A stretch of DNA of 64,000 nt, from the NCBI GenBank assembly GCA_965203805.1, contig OZ241917.1, forward strand, positions 3,264,001-3,328,000, given 5' to 3'. The notes under the pieces were generated by a model. The model worked only from the letters and a program-made list of their open reading frames with translations. It was not told where the DNA came from and made no database searches. Shown here piece by piece: positions 41,375 through 52,479 of the stretch. Source of the stretch: Candidatus Latescibacterota bacterium. Its GTDB lineage: Bacteria; Latescibacterota; UBA2968; GCA-2709665. The position numbers were made by a program, and so were the translations under genes. Within the stretch, counting starts at the first letter, position 1; every line of letters starts with the position of its first letter.

Positions 41375-42385
41375 GGAGAATTAAGAATTGAGAATGAAGA
41401 ATGAAAACGGGATGGTCCTCGTGCGGTCTATCCATCGTGTCCTGACGGGGCGCCTGGCGGCGGACAGATTCCCGTTGGAACTGCGTTCCGGGCGGTCCCA
41501 AACTTCAAACTTCAATTTTCTTTTTTCCTTCATGCCCTTTTTCTTGCTTCGCCCAAGAAAAAGGGCCAAAAAGAAGGGCGCCTGCCTGCCGAGCAGGCTT
41601 CGGCGCAGGCAGGCCGCTCAAACGCCGCGGGGCTGCTTTTCCGCGAACCGCTTCAGTGGAGACAACGGGAGACGTTGCCCTGAAACCCTTACAGGCGTTC
41701 CCGGACGACGTTGCTGGACGGACTCGCGCGGAAAAGCCCCACCCCATCCTCCGTGCGTTCGATAGAACCTCGCGAAGTTACCTGCGATGAACTTCTTGCG
41801 CGATGCAACGCTTGCAATCTCCCACACCACCGCCAACCTACTGTCTACCCCCTTCCCGAAGGAAGGGGCCCCCCCGGATCCTATCGCGTGGCGTTCGTTA
41901 CCCTCTCCTCACAGGAGAGGGTCCCTGCCTGGCGGTGGTTTTTCGGCAGGCAGGGGGGAGAGGTCTGCGCATCCGCGAGGTCATGTCGCCAGGCCTTATC
42001 GTCGCCCCGTCGAAGCAGGTTGTCATCCCTCCTCTGCCGTCCTACATCTCACCTCTCCCCGCCTTTGAGACCTACCCCCTAACCCCCTTCCTGTGAGGAA
42101 GGGGGAACGGTGACGGGTCGATGTCCTGGGCATGCAAATGTGCCGGGTGGCGAATTCCTGTCAATCAGTGTATCTATTGATGACCGGCCCGCGACACCTG
42201 TCTTTTCTCCCCCTCTCCTCACAGGAGAGGGGGCCTGCCTGCCGAGCAGGTCTCGGCGCAGGCAGGCCGGGGGGAGAGGTCTGCGGGGCCGGGAGGGGTT
42301 CGCATTCGGCTGACTTTTGATTGTGATGTTCGCTCTTGATTCAAGCTGACGGCTGATCGCTGATAGCTGCTCTTTGCTGCCTTTC
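41375..42385 (+). repeat. Mosaic array 5
   Basis: Same modules in the same orientation. Confidence 0.9.
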
Positions 42386-42386
42386 G

Positions 42387-43283
42387 CTAGTCATCCATCT
42401 CCCGCTTGAAGGTGAGCTTCATCTTGGCGCCGGCGTTCTCCACCTTGACGTTGCCCCTGATTACGGTGACGTCCACGTCTTTGAACGATAACTTGATTTC
42501 ATGTGCGATCACGATTCCGTGGTCCACGTCGATGGTCCATTTCCCCTTCCCCTCACCCGTGCCTTCGACCATGATGGACACCGCGTTCGAGAATATCCAT
42601 CCGCGGTACCGCATCTGCCGGGCCTCTTCGATGAGGGCGAGGCGGCGGCCCTTCTTCTTCGTCAGTCGCTTCAATACGTAAACGCTGTTGATTTCCACCG
42701 CGCCTTTGTCCTGGAGCGCGGGGATGGGAATCTCGTGGCGGCGCTGCCCGCGCCACGAATCTCCGGAGCCGACCTCACGATCGGGCAGGACCGGATGGAT
42801 TTCCGGCGCCCAGAGCTGGTGCAGATCGCTGATCGCCGCTTCCCGGCGCACTTCGTAGGACTTGAAGCCGGGCTTGAACCCGACCACGTCGCCCGCCGCG
42901 GTGACGTTCCACGCAAATGTCCGGTTGTTGAACATATCGAGCAGGTACGGGAAGTTGTTTTCGCTGATCTGAACGCGGTCTTCCATGACCGTACTCTCGG
43001 CGTTCTGAACCGTTGCCGTGACGGTTGCGGCTTCCGCCGAGATTGCAGTGACGGCTTCCCTGCTTTTCCACTTTCCGTAGGTCCGGACGTCGACGGTGCC
43101 GGACGTCTTGTCTTCGTCGATCAGGTCGGCGCGACCGCTGTAATATTCCAGCGTCCAGGCGTTCTTGTACAGGTTCGACTGCCCCGTCTTGTAGACGAAC
43201 TTGAGCGCCACCTTCTCTGCAAACGCCGACCCTGACGGGACAACCAGAAGCCAACCGAAAAACACATAAAGTAAGCGGCTCAT
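42387..43283 (-). CDS. Hypothetical secreted beta-rich protein
   Basis: Signal peptide (SAFA), GGAGGG RBS, LKFVYKTG.. and WTIDVDHG beta motifs. Confidence 0.7.
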   Translation of the reverse strand: MSRLLYVFFGWLLVVPSGSAFAEKVALKFVYKTGQSNLYKNAWTLEYYSGRADLIDEDKTSGTVDVRTYGKWKSREAVTAISAEAATVTATVQNAESTVMEDRVQISENNFPYLLDMFNNRTFAWNVTAAGDVVGFKPGFKSYEVRREAAISDLHQLWAPEIHPVLPDREVGSGDSWRGQRRHEIPIPALQDKGAVEINSVYVLKRLTKKKGRRLALIEEARQMRYRGWIFSNAVSIMVEGTGEGKGKWTIDVDHGIVIAHEIKLSFKDVDVTVIRGNVKVENAGAKMKLTFKREMDD

Positions 43284-43466
43284 CGCTCCCTCCTGACAAT
43301 CTAATTCGCCGTGATTCCGGACAGGCGCTATTTCGCATAAGTATAGCCCGGTGTTTTTGGAATGTCAACCCGGACAGTGATTGAATTCTGATGAAAAGCT
43401 GATTAGAACCTGTGGAGAGACTTTGGAGGATGAGATTGGCGCGAGGGGATCGCCGGGAGAGACCGT

Positions 43467-43652
43467 GATCAGAGGACGATCAAGGACCCGGGAAGAGGCC
43501 ACGATCAGAGGACGATCAAGAGTCCGGGAAGAGGCCACGATCAGAGGACGATCAAGAGTCCGGGAAGAGGCCACGATCAGAGGACGATCAAGGGCCCGGG
43601 AAGAGGCCGTGATCAGAGGAGGATCAAGGGCCCGGGAAGAGGACACGGTCAG
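43467..43652 (+). repeat. 36-bp tandem repeat, about 5 copies
   Basis: GATCAGAGGACGATCAAGAGTCCGGGAAGAGGCCAC head-to-tail, no spacers. Confidence 0.9.
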
Positions 43653-43763
43653 AAAAAAAGCACCGGAAAATTGGCCACGAATAGTACAAAAAGGCACAAA
43701 GGGTGTCGCTGTAAAACGGACCGAAGAGGTCGTCCGGAAGCACATTTGTTACATTCACGTCCG

Positions 43764-44007
43764 GTGAGCTGAAGTTCCCGGAAATCCGACGTCGAGTCGG
43801 CTTTATTGACCTGCGTAACTTCGAATCAACGTACCCGAAAATACCCGAATCAAGGTTAACTTTAATTCGACAAAGAACACCGGAAAATTGGCCACAAGAG
43901 GCACACGGGTAAGTGAGCTGAAGTTCACGGAAATCCGACGTCGAGTCGCCTTTATTAACCTGCGTAACTTCAAATCAACGTACCCGGAAAAAGCCGAATC
44001 AAGGTTA
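43764..44007 (+). repeat. ~95-bp direct duplication downstream of the GxxExxY gene
   Basis: gtgagctgaagttc..gaatcaaggtta at ~43764-43858 and ~43913-44007. Confidence 0.85.
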
Positions 44008-44442
44008 GCGGGATTTGCGGGAAGGTGGGATGTTGGGGTTGCCCTGGGCGCGTTGTTTGAAGCTGTTGTTGGTGACTCTTTTGACTTCCAGGCTCTTTGC
44101 GCCGAAGTTGATGAGCAGCCCGACCTCCAGGTCGAACGCCTCGAGGTAGTTGATCGCCTGCGCGAAATGGACGTCTTCCAACTCGATCACTGCCTTCAGT
44201 TCAACACACACGACGTTTTCCACCAGGAAATCGGCTCTTCTGAAGCCTATCTGTTTACCTTTGAAAAAAATGGGCATTTTATGCTCGCGGCTGAAAGAAA
44301 TGTCCTCAATTTCCATCTCCATCTGCAGCGCATTCTGGTAGATGGATTCCTGGAAGCCGTTGCCCAGCGCGGAATGGACCGTCATCGCGCAACCGATAAT
44401 CTTCGCTGTCAGCGCCGAGTGTTTGTGTTCATTCTTTATCAT
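44005..44442 (-). CDS. GxxExxY protein (PD-(D/E)xK nuclease fold)
   Basis: LGNGFQESIY, RADFLVE..VELK, QAINYL, GLLINFG. Confidence 0.93.
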   Translation of the reverse strand: MIKNEHKHSALTAKIIGCAMTVHSALGNGFQESIYQNALQMEMEIEDISFSREHKMPIFFKGKQIGFRRADFLVENVVCVELKAVIELEDVHFAQAINYLEAFDLEVGLLINFGAKSLEVKRVTNNSFKQRAQGNPNIPPSRKSR

Positions 44443-44898
44443 AGGCCGAGAGTACCTTGATCATTTTGATTCACCGAAATGGGAACCAGGTCGAACCCGT
44501 CTGGATAAATCGTGCGGGACTGAAGATATCATTGGAGAGCTTGTCCCTGAGGAATTCCAGGGTTGCCGCGCCATCATTCAGTGCTGTATTCGTCGCGTTC
44601 AGGGCGCGTTAACCGCGGCGAATAAGGCATTTTCCGTAAATGAAACGTACGGGCCGGATCGAGAATACGTCCACTCGCGAGATATTCACCTCCGGGATTC
44701 AGAGGAATTCGACTTGACATTGGCGATTGACTTGACTTATATGGACTCGGAAATCATGCCTGCACATTTCGCGCCAGGCACGTTGTTCTGACGGCGCATT
44801 TCGACAACGTCGGGATTGACGAATTACCAAAACCGCAAGTCGACGGGTATGCATTGCAGCAACGCGCGTACGTCCTCGAGATCGAAAGGAGGGCAGCG

Positions 44899-46890
44899 AT
44901 GAAGTCCTTCACCCTCCCACTCGTTTCGCTGCTGGTCTGTTCTCAGCCGGTTGCCGCGCAGAAGATCGGCGTGCCCGTACCGGTCGAAATCGTTGAGACT
45001 TCCACGACGCTGACCCTTGATTTCTCAAACTGCGACTACGAGCTGATCCTGTATTCCATCGATACTCACCTGGAGGACCAGTCCTACGGACTGTGCAATC
45101 CGTTGGGCTACTCCGTGACCGCCGCCTTCGGCGATTCGAATCCAGTTCTGGAAGGCGATCCGGATGCCGGTCCGCAAGCACCCCTTTCCGACCGCGTCAG
45201 CCTTGAGAGCAAACTTAGGGCACAGGAACGGAAACTTGCGAGCCACCTGCAGGTATCCGGCGGTTATCGCCCCCACGCCGCGAAGGCGGTACCCCAGCAG
45301 ATCGGCAGTACCCGGCAGTTTGCCTTTCCCGCCATTGGAAATGAAGCCAAGACCACCGTTACTGCTTCACTCGTGGCAACCAGCGAGCGGGCAAGCGCCT
45401 ACGTGGACGTTTACGACGTCGCCAGGATGAATAAAGCGTCCCTCCAGGCGCAGATCGACCGCTTCAGCAATAAAACCCACCCTATTGTCACATCCGCAGT
45501 CGGACGGGAATCCGACGTGGATAACGACGGCAAAATTCACATCCTTTACAGCAATCTGGTAAACCGGGGCGGACCCATATTCGGTGCGGCGGGATTCTTC
45601 TACGCGCCGTCCCTGCTTCCTGCGGATCAGGGTGGCGATGGAAATCTATCCGATATGGTTTATTTGGATCCAGACATAGACCCCGGCAGGATTGATGCCG
45701 TACTCGCCCACGAATTCCAGCATCTTATCAGCTTCAACCAGCACGTGCTCGTTCGGAACGGGCAATCGGAAGCTTTATGGCTCAATGAAGGGCTGTCGCA
45801 CTACTGTGAAGATCTCATCGGCGGGTACGGCGCACACAATGACCGGCACGTCGACATCTTCCTGAGACACAGTGCCAAAGGTCCGTTGGGTACAACCGGC
45901 TACACGGACCAGAGGAGTCGAGGCGCCGCGTATCTTTTCGTACGGAGCCTCGTTGAGGAGACCGGCCCGGGAATACTGGCGCGGCTCGTGCAAACAGACA
46001 GAGCGGGATTCGGGAATATCGAAGCCGCGACGGGCCGTCGATTCGGCGCCATCTTTGACAGGCATGTTTCGCGGCTGTTCCTGAGTGGATTGGGCCTCAA
46101 CACCGAACTCAATTATACGACAGCGCCTCTTGCAGACGACACTTCAAACGCACGGACATTCCCCGTCCCCGTTCACGCAACAATCTGGCCGGGAGGCGGG
46201 CACCAAATGGACAACCGGGGGCTTGTACCGGTCCTCCGGGACGATTCGCACGCCGTCACGATCAAAGGGGACATCTATCAACTCTCACCCGTGTATATAC
46301 GTCTGCTCGGAAACCGGAAACAGACGACGATAACCATACAGACAGATCCGGAAGGTGAGTTTCGGGCCCAACTCATTCCCATACCGATAGGCTATCAACC
46401 GCGTATCGCGATTCCCGGGAATTATTCGCCTCGCGTTGTGTTCGACACGCCGCTGCCCGCTCAATTCCGGACAGGCGAAGCAATACCCGTCAGCGGGACA
46501 GTCTCCGATACGTTGTTGTCCGGAATGGTTGAATTCTTCCTGGAGAGCCCCCTGCGATCGATCCACTTCGAAACGCCGGTTTCCAAAGGAAGATTCAACA
46601 CGACACTTTTCTTCTACCCCGATGAAGTCGGGAAATACACACTCTCCATCTCCGTGGCGAAACTGCACGGGTTGGTGGTCTTTAACTCGATGCCCGTAGT
46701 ACACGGGGATCCGCCTTCACCTGACTTTGACCGCGACGGAACGGTCGATTTCACGGATTTCATCGGGTTTGCGCGGGCGTTTGGCAAGTCCTGGGCCGAC
46801 GAAAATTTCGAACCATGGTTCGATCTGGACCTGGACGGCGAGGTGGGGTTTTCCGACTTTCTCATTTTCGGGAAGGCATTTGGACTATGA
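44899..46890 (+). CDS. Secreted Zn-metallopeptidase (M30-like) with Ig-like repeat and dockerin/EF-hand tail
   Basis: Signal peptide; HEFQH..WLNEGLS; C-terminal DFDRDGTVDFTDF..DLDLDGEVGFSDF. Confidence 0.78.
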   Translation: MKSFTLPLVSLLVCSQPVAAQKIGVPVPVEIVETSTTLTLDFSNCDYELILYSIDTHLEDQSYGLCNPLGYSVTAAFGDSNPVLEGDPDAGPQAPLSDRVSLESKLRAQERKLASHLQVSGGYRPHAAKAVPQQIGSTRQFAFPAIGNEAKTTVTASLVATSERASAYVDVYDVARMNKASLQAQIDRFSNKTHPIVTSAVGRESDVDNDGKIHILYSNLVNRGGPIFGAAGFFYAPSLLPADQGGDGNLSDMVYLDPDIDPGRIDAVLAHEFQHLISFNQHVLVRNGQSEALWLNEGLSHYCEDLIGGYGAHNDRHVDIFLRHSAKGPLGTTGYTDQRSRGAAYLFVRSLVEETGPGILARLVQTDRAGFGNIEAATGRRFGAIFDRHVSRLFLSGLGLNTELNYTTAPLADDTSNARTFPVPVHATIWPGGGHQMDNRGLVPVLRDDSHAVTIKGDIYQLSPVYIRLLGNRKQTTITIQTDPEGEFRAQLIPIPIGYQPRIAIPGNYSPRVVFDTPLPAQFRTGEAIPVSGTVSDTLLSGMVEFFLESPLRSIHFETPVSKGRFNTTLFFYPDEVGKYTLSISVAKLHGLVVFNSMPVVHGDPPSPDFDRDGTVDFTDFIGFARAFGKSWADENFEPWFDLDLDGEVGFSDFLIFGKAFGL

Positions 46891-47153
46891 TTACGGTGAT
46901 TAAGGGTTGATTGAGACCCATGGAGAGACAGTGGTTGATGTGATTGTGACGGGCTGATCGACAGATAGGAATATCTGGAATTCGCATGCACAGGATGGCA
47001 GACAGGCACATTTCGTGCGATACCCCTTGACACGTGCAATGATGCGTAGAACCTGTTCCGGATTTCAATCTTGGCACAGGGCCACCGTGGCATCAGGTCC
47101 ATATCGGGTTACAGCGGTACGCAATCGGTCTCAAACGCGAAGACAGGCCAGAG

Positions 47154-48071
47154 ATGAGAACTCTTGCAAGTGCACTCCTCCTCATGTTACTCTGCGTTCA
47201 TCCGCTTGTTGCCGATGCTCAAGACCTCGCAGCGATTCCCGTCGACTACTTTCTCGACATCAGTCTGTCTTCGCCGATTCCCGTTGAAATCACAACCGGA
47301 CAGGCTGTTCGAGTTTCCGGCACTGTATTCGACCCAACAATAACAATGGTCGGGTTTTCCTTTTTTGACGAAAGCGGCGCGAATCCATACCTGAACCATT
47401 CGCCCGTGACAGACGGTCGATTCAAGAAGACGATATTCTTTCCGCACAAGACATCAGGCACGTACGACCTGGTATTATACAGATATCGAGGAAGCGCCCA
47501 ATCTGCATCCCAACGGGATCTATTCAGATCCCTTAACGTGATGAAGGGCGGGGGGGCCGCGTCCTTCCCTTTCGACTATTTCGAGGAAATCACACTCACA
47601 TCACCTATGCCGGTTGTATTTGCGCCAGGTCAGAAGCTGCGGGTAACCGGCACCGTGTCCGATCCATCGGTGTCTTATATCGAATTCTATCTCTGGTGGT
47701 TATCCACTGGACACCGGAGTCCGTTTCGCGGATCGACAAAAGCAACCTTCAAGGCTGCCGTCGAGAATGGACAATTTGCCATCGAGCTGGATTTAACCGA
47801 TCAGCGACCTGGAGATTATTGGCTCGACGTGTATTTGCATAGACGAGGGAGTCGTTCCCTGGGCCCCAGAAGATTCAGACCGATTACCGTGGTACCGCCT
47901 CCTGACTTTGACGACAATAACGTGGTCAATTTCGCGGACTTCCTGACTTTTGTACGGATGTTCGGACGTTCTTCAGCCGGCGGAAGATTCAGGTTCGATC
48001 TGGACGGGGACGGCGACATCGGGTTTTCGGACTTTCTGATATTCGCAAGAGCGTTCGGAGAAAGACTTTGA
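47154..48071 (+). CDS. Secreted protein, two Ig-like repeats plus dockerin/EF-hand tail
   Basis: Signal peptide; two P.DYF..I.L.SP.P..GQ..RV.GTV.DP repeats; DFDDNNVVNFADF..DLDGDGDIGFSDF. Confidence 0.75.
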   Translation: MRTLASALLLMLLCVHPLVADAQDLAAIPVDYFLDISLSSPIPVEITTGQAVRVSGTVFDPTITMVGFSFFDESGANPYLNHSPVTDGRFKKTIFFPHKTSGTYDLVLYRYRGSAQSASQRDLFRSLNVMKGGGAASFPFDYFEEITLTSPMPVVFAPGQKLRVTGTVSDPSVSYIEFYLWWLSTGHRSPFRGSTKATFKAAVENGQFAIELDLTDQRPGDYWLDVYLHRRGSRSLGPRRFRPITVVPPPDFDDNNVVNFADFLTFVRMFGRSSAGGRFRFDLDGDGDIGFSDFLIFARAFGERL

Positions 48072-48445
48072 TTCAAGTGCGGCGACGGTGTGCGTCGGCC
48101 TCGATGGCCGTGACCCGTCCCACCGGGAATCGCGGGTCCGTGTCATTGCGAACCCAATAGCCGGTTCTTCGGCAAAGCGCATCATCGCCTGAATAATTCA
48201 CCAAACATGAACTTACACTAAACATGAACTCACATGGATGGACAGGATAAAGACCAGGCGCAGGACAAATGCTCACGATGCCGGGCCATACCGATGGATC
48301 CTTACCTCACTGGGACACGAAACGTCACCCTGACCCATCAATTTCGAAATTCACCAAACATCAACTTACATGTGAAAAACAACCCGTTATACATCAAAAC
48401 CAGGGTTTTCGTGAATAATCCATCATAGCGACGGGGCGCCAACAG

Positions 48446-51064
48446 ATGAGACTTTTTTCGGGATCGTTGTTCCTGTTGTTGACATTCGTTCACCCGCTTT
48501 CCGCGCAGAGGATCGGCGAACAGCAACCGGTCAGACTCATCGGGACGCAGACCCCTTTGACCCTCGAGTTTACCGACCGGGACTATCTGATGATCCTCTA
48601 TTCGCTGCATTCGGACGTCCCGCCCGATCTCAAGGAAAGTCCCGAGTACGGATTCTCTGTTTTCAGCCACTCGAACGGCGCCGGTTCCGCCGGCGTTCGC
48701 GGCGCCGGCGCCGGGTTCCCGCCTCTGTCGACCGGCGGTCCGGACGCGCAGCTTCGAAGACGGGAGCAGGAACTCGCCCGCCGCGTACGGGAAACCGGCG
48801 GATACCGCCCCCCGGCGACGAAAGTCGCGCCGCACCAGGTCAGCGCCCGCCAGTTCGCGTTTCCGGCGTTCGGCAACGTGCCCGATACGACCGTCTCCGC
48901 GGTTCTCGTCGCGGGCAGCTACAGGGCGAATGCCTACGTGGACGTGGCCGACACCGGCCGCGTCAGCAGGACGCGAATCCAGGGCGACGCCGACCTGTTC
49001 AGCTTAAGGATCCATCCCGTTGTCGCGTCCGCGCTCGCACGCGATCCGGGTGAAGGGGACATCGGGAAGGTTACCCTGCTCTACACCCACCTGGTTGACG
49101 AAGTTGGTGACGACACCACCACGGTACGCGGATTCTTCAACGCCGCGTCGGTCCTGCCTCCGAACCAGGGCGGCAACGGCGACCAGCTCAACCTGCTGTT
49201 TATCAATCCATTCAATGATCCGGACGTCGCCGAGGCCGTGCTTGCCCATGAATTCCAACACCTCTTCAGCTTCCACCAGCACGTGCTCATTCGAAACGGA
49301 AAGCCGGAAGAAGCCTGGCTAAATGAAGGACTGTCGCACGTGTGTGAGGACCTGGTGGGCGCACACGACGTGCACAATCGACTGAATATCGAACGCTTCC
49401 TCGCCGACCCGAGCGGTACGCCGCTGCGCGGGTCGGTCGAGATCCCGGGCGTCCGCGGCGCCGCCTATCTGTTCGTGCGGAGCCTGATCGAAGACTATGG
49501 CATGGGAATCCTCCCGCGCCTGGTTCAGACGAACAACGTTGGACTCCGCAACGTCAGACAAGCCGCCGGCGACCCCATCACCGACATTTACGTGAAATTT
49601 CTTTCGCGGCTGTACTTCACCGGGTCGGGGCTGAACCCCTCGCTCGAATATACCGCCCCCTTACTGGTGGACGCCGCGACCGGCGCCCGCCTGTTCCCCC
49701 GTCCGCGGGAGATTCACGTCACACCCCAGACTTCCCCCGGACAGGGTAGCGTCCAGCCCCTGTCCGGCGCCTATATCCGACTTTCGTACGACGAAAGCCG
49801 CACGATATGGATCCAGACCGCCGCGGAGGGCTCGCCCGGGGCGGTCCTTGTCCCGATTCTGCCGGCCGACCGGGACCGTATCTCGATTCCGACCGGTTTC
49901 TTTACGGGCATCACGCTGGACGCGCCAGTCGCCGGACCCTTTCTGTCCTACAAGCCGATTCCGATTTCCGGCGCCGTGTCCGACACGCTCGTCGCCGAAC
50001 TCGAGATCGTCCTCCAGCTCGAGGATTACAGCACCGAAAACCGGTACGTCGTCCCGGTTCGCGACGGAAAATTCACCCATACGTTCTTCTTCTCGCACGA
50101 ACAGGCGGGCGACTACCGGCTGGTGGTGAAAACGAAACGGGCAGACCGGCAGGACAGCGACACGGCGGGCACGTTCGGCGCCTTCACCGTTGAGGAAGGA
50201 CCGGCAACCGCTCCGATTCCCGTCGGTTACTTTATGGACATCGTCTTCTCCTCTCCGATTCCCGTCAAGGCGCGGTCCGGGCAGGCGTTCCGGCTTTCCG
50301 GCACGGTATCCGATCCGTCGCTGACCGTTATCAAATTCAGTTTCTGGCACGAGGATATCGACAGGTCCCTGCATTTCAATGCGCCGGTGACGGACGGTCA
50401 ATTCAGGAAAACGATCTTCTTCACGCACGGACAAACCGGCGTTTACCAGTTTGCGATCAACCGGCAGCGGGACGATACGAGCTATTCGTTCCCACAGGAT
50501 GCATTCAGCCCCTTTGTCGTCGTCGAAGGAGTCGGAGCGGCCCTCATCCCCGTGGATTTCTTCGACGAAATCAGACTCCAGGCGCCAATGCCGATCGAAT
50601 ACCGGATCGGCCTGCCGGTGAGCCTGGAGGGCGAAATTTCCGATGCCTCGGTATCCCAGATCGAGTTCGAATTCTACACGCCGGGCGGGGACACGGAGAC
50701 GCCGTCCGAGACGATCGACACGCGTTTCACCGCGCAGGTGGTTAACGGCCGGTTCAGCACCGACGTCGTCTTTCCATCCGAACAGCGGGTCTCGGATGAC
50801 TATACGCTGGACATCTGGCTGTGGCGAAGCGGCGAACGTACCCGGGGGTTCCGGAGATTCTCGCCGATTACCATTCTGGCGGCGCTGCCGGCTGCCGACT
50901 TCAACCGCGACGGATCGGTGGGGTTCGCGGATTTCATCGCGTTTGCGGAGGCGTTCGGTACTTCGGCCGGCGACGCGGACTTTGACGTCCGGTTTGACCT
51001 GGACGGGGACGGGACCGTTGGATTCGGGGATTTCGTCATCTTCGCGCGCGCATTCGGACAATGA
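48446..51064 (+). CDS. Secreted M30-like metallopeptidase with three Ig-like repeats and dockerin/EF-hand tail
   Basis: HEFQH..WLNEGLS; three repeats; DFNRDGSVGFADF..DLDGDGTVGFGDF; paralogue of 44899-46890. Confidence 0.78.
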   Translation: MRLFSGSLFLLLTFVHPLSAQRIGEQQPVRLIGTQTPLTLEFTDRDYLMILYSLHSDVPPDLKESPEYGFSVFSHSNGAGSAGVRGAGAGFPPLSTGGPDAQLRRREQELARRVRETGGYRPPATKVAPHQVSARQFAFPAFGNVPDTTVSAVLVAGSYRANAYVDVADTGRVSRTRIQGDADLFSLRIHPVVASALARDPGEGDIGKVTLLYTHLVDEVGDDTTTVRGFFNAASVLPPNQGGNGDQLNLLFINPFNDPDVAEAVLAHEFQHLFSFHQHVLIRNGKPEEAWLNEGLSHVCEDLVGAHDVHNRLNIERFLADPSGTPLRGSVEIPGVRGAAYLFVRSLIEDYGMGILPRLVQTNNVGLRNVRQAAGDPITDIYVKFLSRLYFTGSGLNPSLEYTAPLLVDAATGARLFPRPREIHVTPQTSPGQGSVQPLSGAYIRLSYDESRTIWIQTAAEGSPGAVLVPILPADRDRISIPTGFFTGITLDAPVAGPFLSYKPIPISGAVSDTLVAELEIVLQLEDYSTENRYVVPVRDGKFTHTFFFSHEQAGDYRLVVKTKRADRQDSDTAGTFGAFTVEEGPATAPIPVGYFMDIVFSSPIPVKARSGQAFRLSGTVSDPSLTVIKFSFWHEDIDRSLHFNAPVTDGQFRKTIFFTHGQTGVYQFAINRQRDDTSYSFPQDAFSPFVVVEGVGAALIPVDFFDEIRLQAPMPIEYRIGLPVSLEGEISDASVSQIEFEFYTPGGDTETPSETIDTRFTAQVVNGRFSTDVVFPSEQRVSDDYTLDIWLWRSGERTRGFRRFSPITILAALPAADFNRDGSVGFADFIAFAEAFGTSAGDADFDVRFDLDGDGTVGFGDFVIFARAFGQ

Positions 51065-51069
51065 CGGAA

Positions 51070-52478
51070 AGTCAATTAAGAATTAAGAATGAAGAATGAA
51101 GAATTAAAACCTGAAGGCGGGGAGATGGGAAAGGGAGGGGGAGGAGGAAGGAAGAAGGAAAACCTGTCCCGTCTCACGTCTACCCCGCCGCCGACCTACC
51201 CCCTATCGCGTGGCGTTCGTTACCCTTTCCTTATAGGAGAGGGTCCCTGCCTGGCGGTGGTTTTTCGGCAGGCAGGGGGGAGAGGTCACGCATCAGGGAG
51301 GAGGTCTCGCCCGGCCATATCGTCGTCCCGTGGCCGCGAGTGATCATCTCCCGTCTTACGTCTTGCGTCTCCCCGCCTTTCAGACCTACCCCCTAACCCC
51401 CTTCCTGTGAGGAAGGGGGAACGGTGACGGGTCGATGGACCGGGCATGCAAACGTGCCGGCTGGCGAATTCCTGTCTATCAGTGTATCTATAAATGACCG
51501 GCACGCGAAGTCTGTCTCTTCTCCCCCTCTCCCCGCCTCCGCCGACCTACCCCCTATCGCGTGGCGTTCGTTACCCTTTCCTTATAGGAGAGGGTCCCTG
51601 CCTGGCGGTGGTTTTTCGGCAGGCAGGGGGGAGAGGTCTGCGCATCAGGGAGGAGGTCTCGCCCGGCCATATCGTCGTCCCGTGGCCGCGAGTGATCATC
51701 TCCCGTCTTACGTCTTGCGTCTCCCCGCCTTTCAGACCTACCCCCTATCCCCCTTCCTGTGAGGAAGGGGGAACGGTGACGGGTCGATGGACCGGGCATG
51801 CAGACGTGCCGGCTGGCGAATTCCTGTCTATCAGTGTATCTATAAATGACCGGCACGCGAAGTCTGTCTCTTCTCCCCCTCTCCCCGCCTCCGCCGACCT
51901 ACCCCCTAGCCCCCTTCCTGTGAGGAAGGGGGAACGGTGATGGGTCGATGGACCGGGCATGCAAACGTGCCGGCTGGCCAATTCCTTTCTATCAGAGTAT
52001 CTATAGATCACCGGCACGCGAAGTCTGTCTTTTCTCCCCCTCTCCCCGCCTCCGCCGACCTACCCCCTATCGCGTGGCGTTCGTTACCCTCTCCTCACAG
52101 GAGAGGGTCCCTGCCTAGCGGTGGTTTTTCGGCAGGCAGGGGGGAGAGGTCGCGCATCAGGGAGGAGGTCTCGCCCGGCCATATCGTCGTCCCGTTGACG
52201 CAGGTTGTCATCTCCCGTCTTACGTCTTGCGTCTCCCCGCTCTTCAGGCACTCACGGTATCTCACGTCTCACGTCTTGCGTCTCCCCGCCTTTCAGACCT
52301 ACCCCCTATCGCGTGGCGTTCGTTACCCTCTCCTCACAGGAGAGGGTCCCTGCCTGGCGGTGGTTTTTCGGCAGGCAGGGGGGAGAGGTCTGCGGGGAGG
52401 GGGGTTGGGTGGAGAGGGGTTGGGGGTGAGGGCGATTCTGCTTCAAGCTGATTGCTGAAAGCCGACAGCTGATCGCTG
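51070..52478 (+). repeat. Mosaic array 6
   Basis: Same modules; ~351-bp tandem unit starting at 51191 and 51542. Confidence 0.9.
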
Positions 52479-52479
52479 T

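Noticed and set aside
43467-43652. 36-bp repeats as a CRISPR array
   Set aside because: Head-to-tail with no unique spacers and no cas operon; the overlapping 128-aa ORF is likely a by-product.
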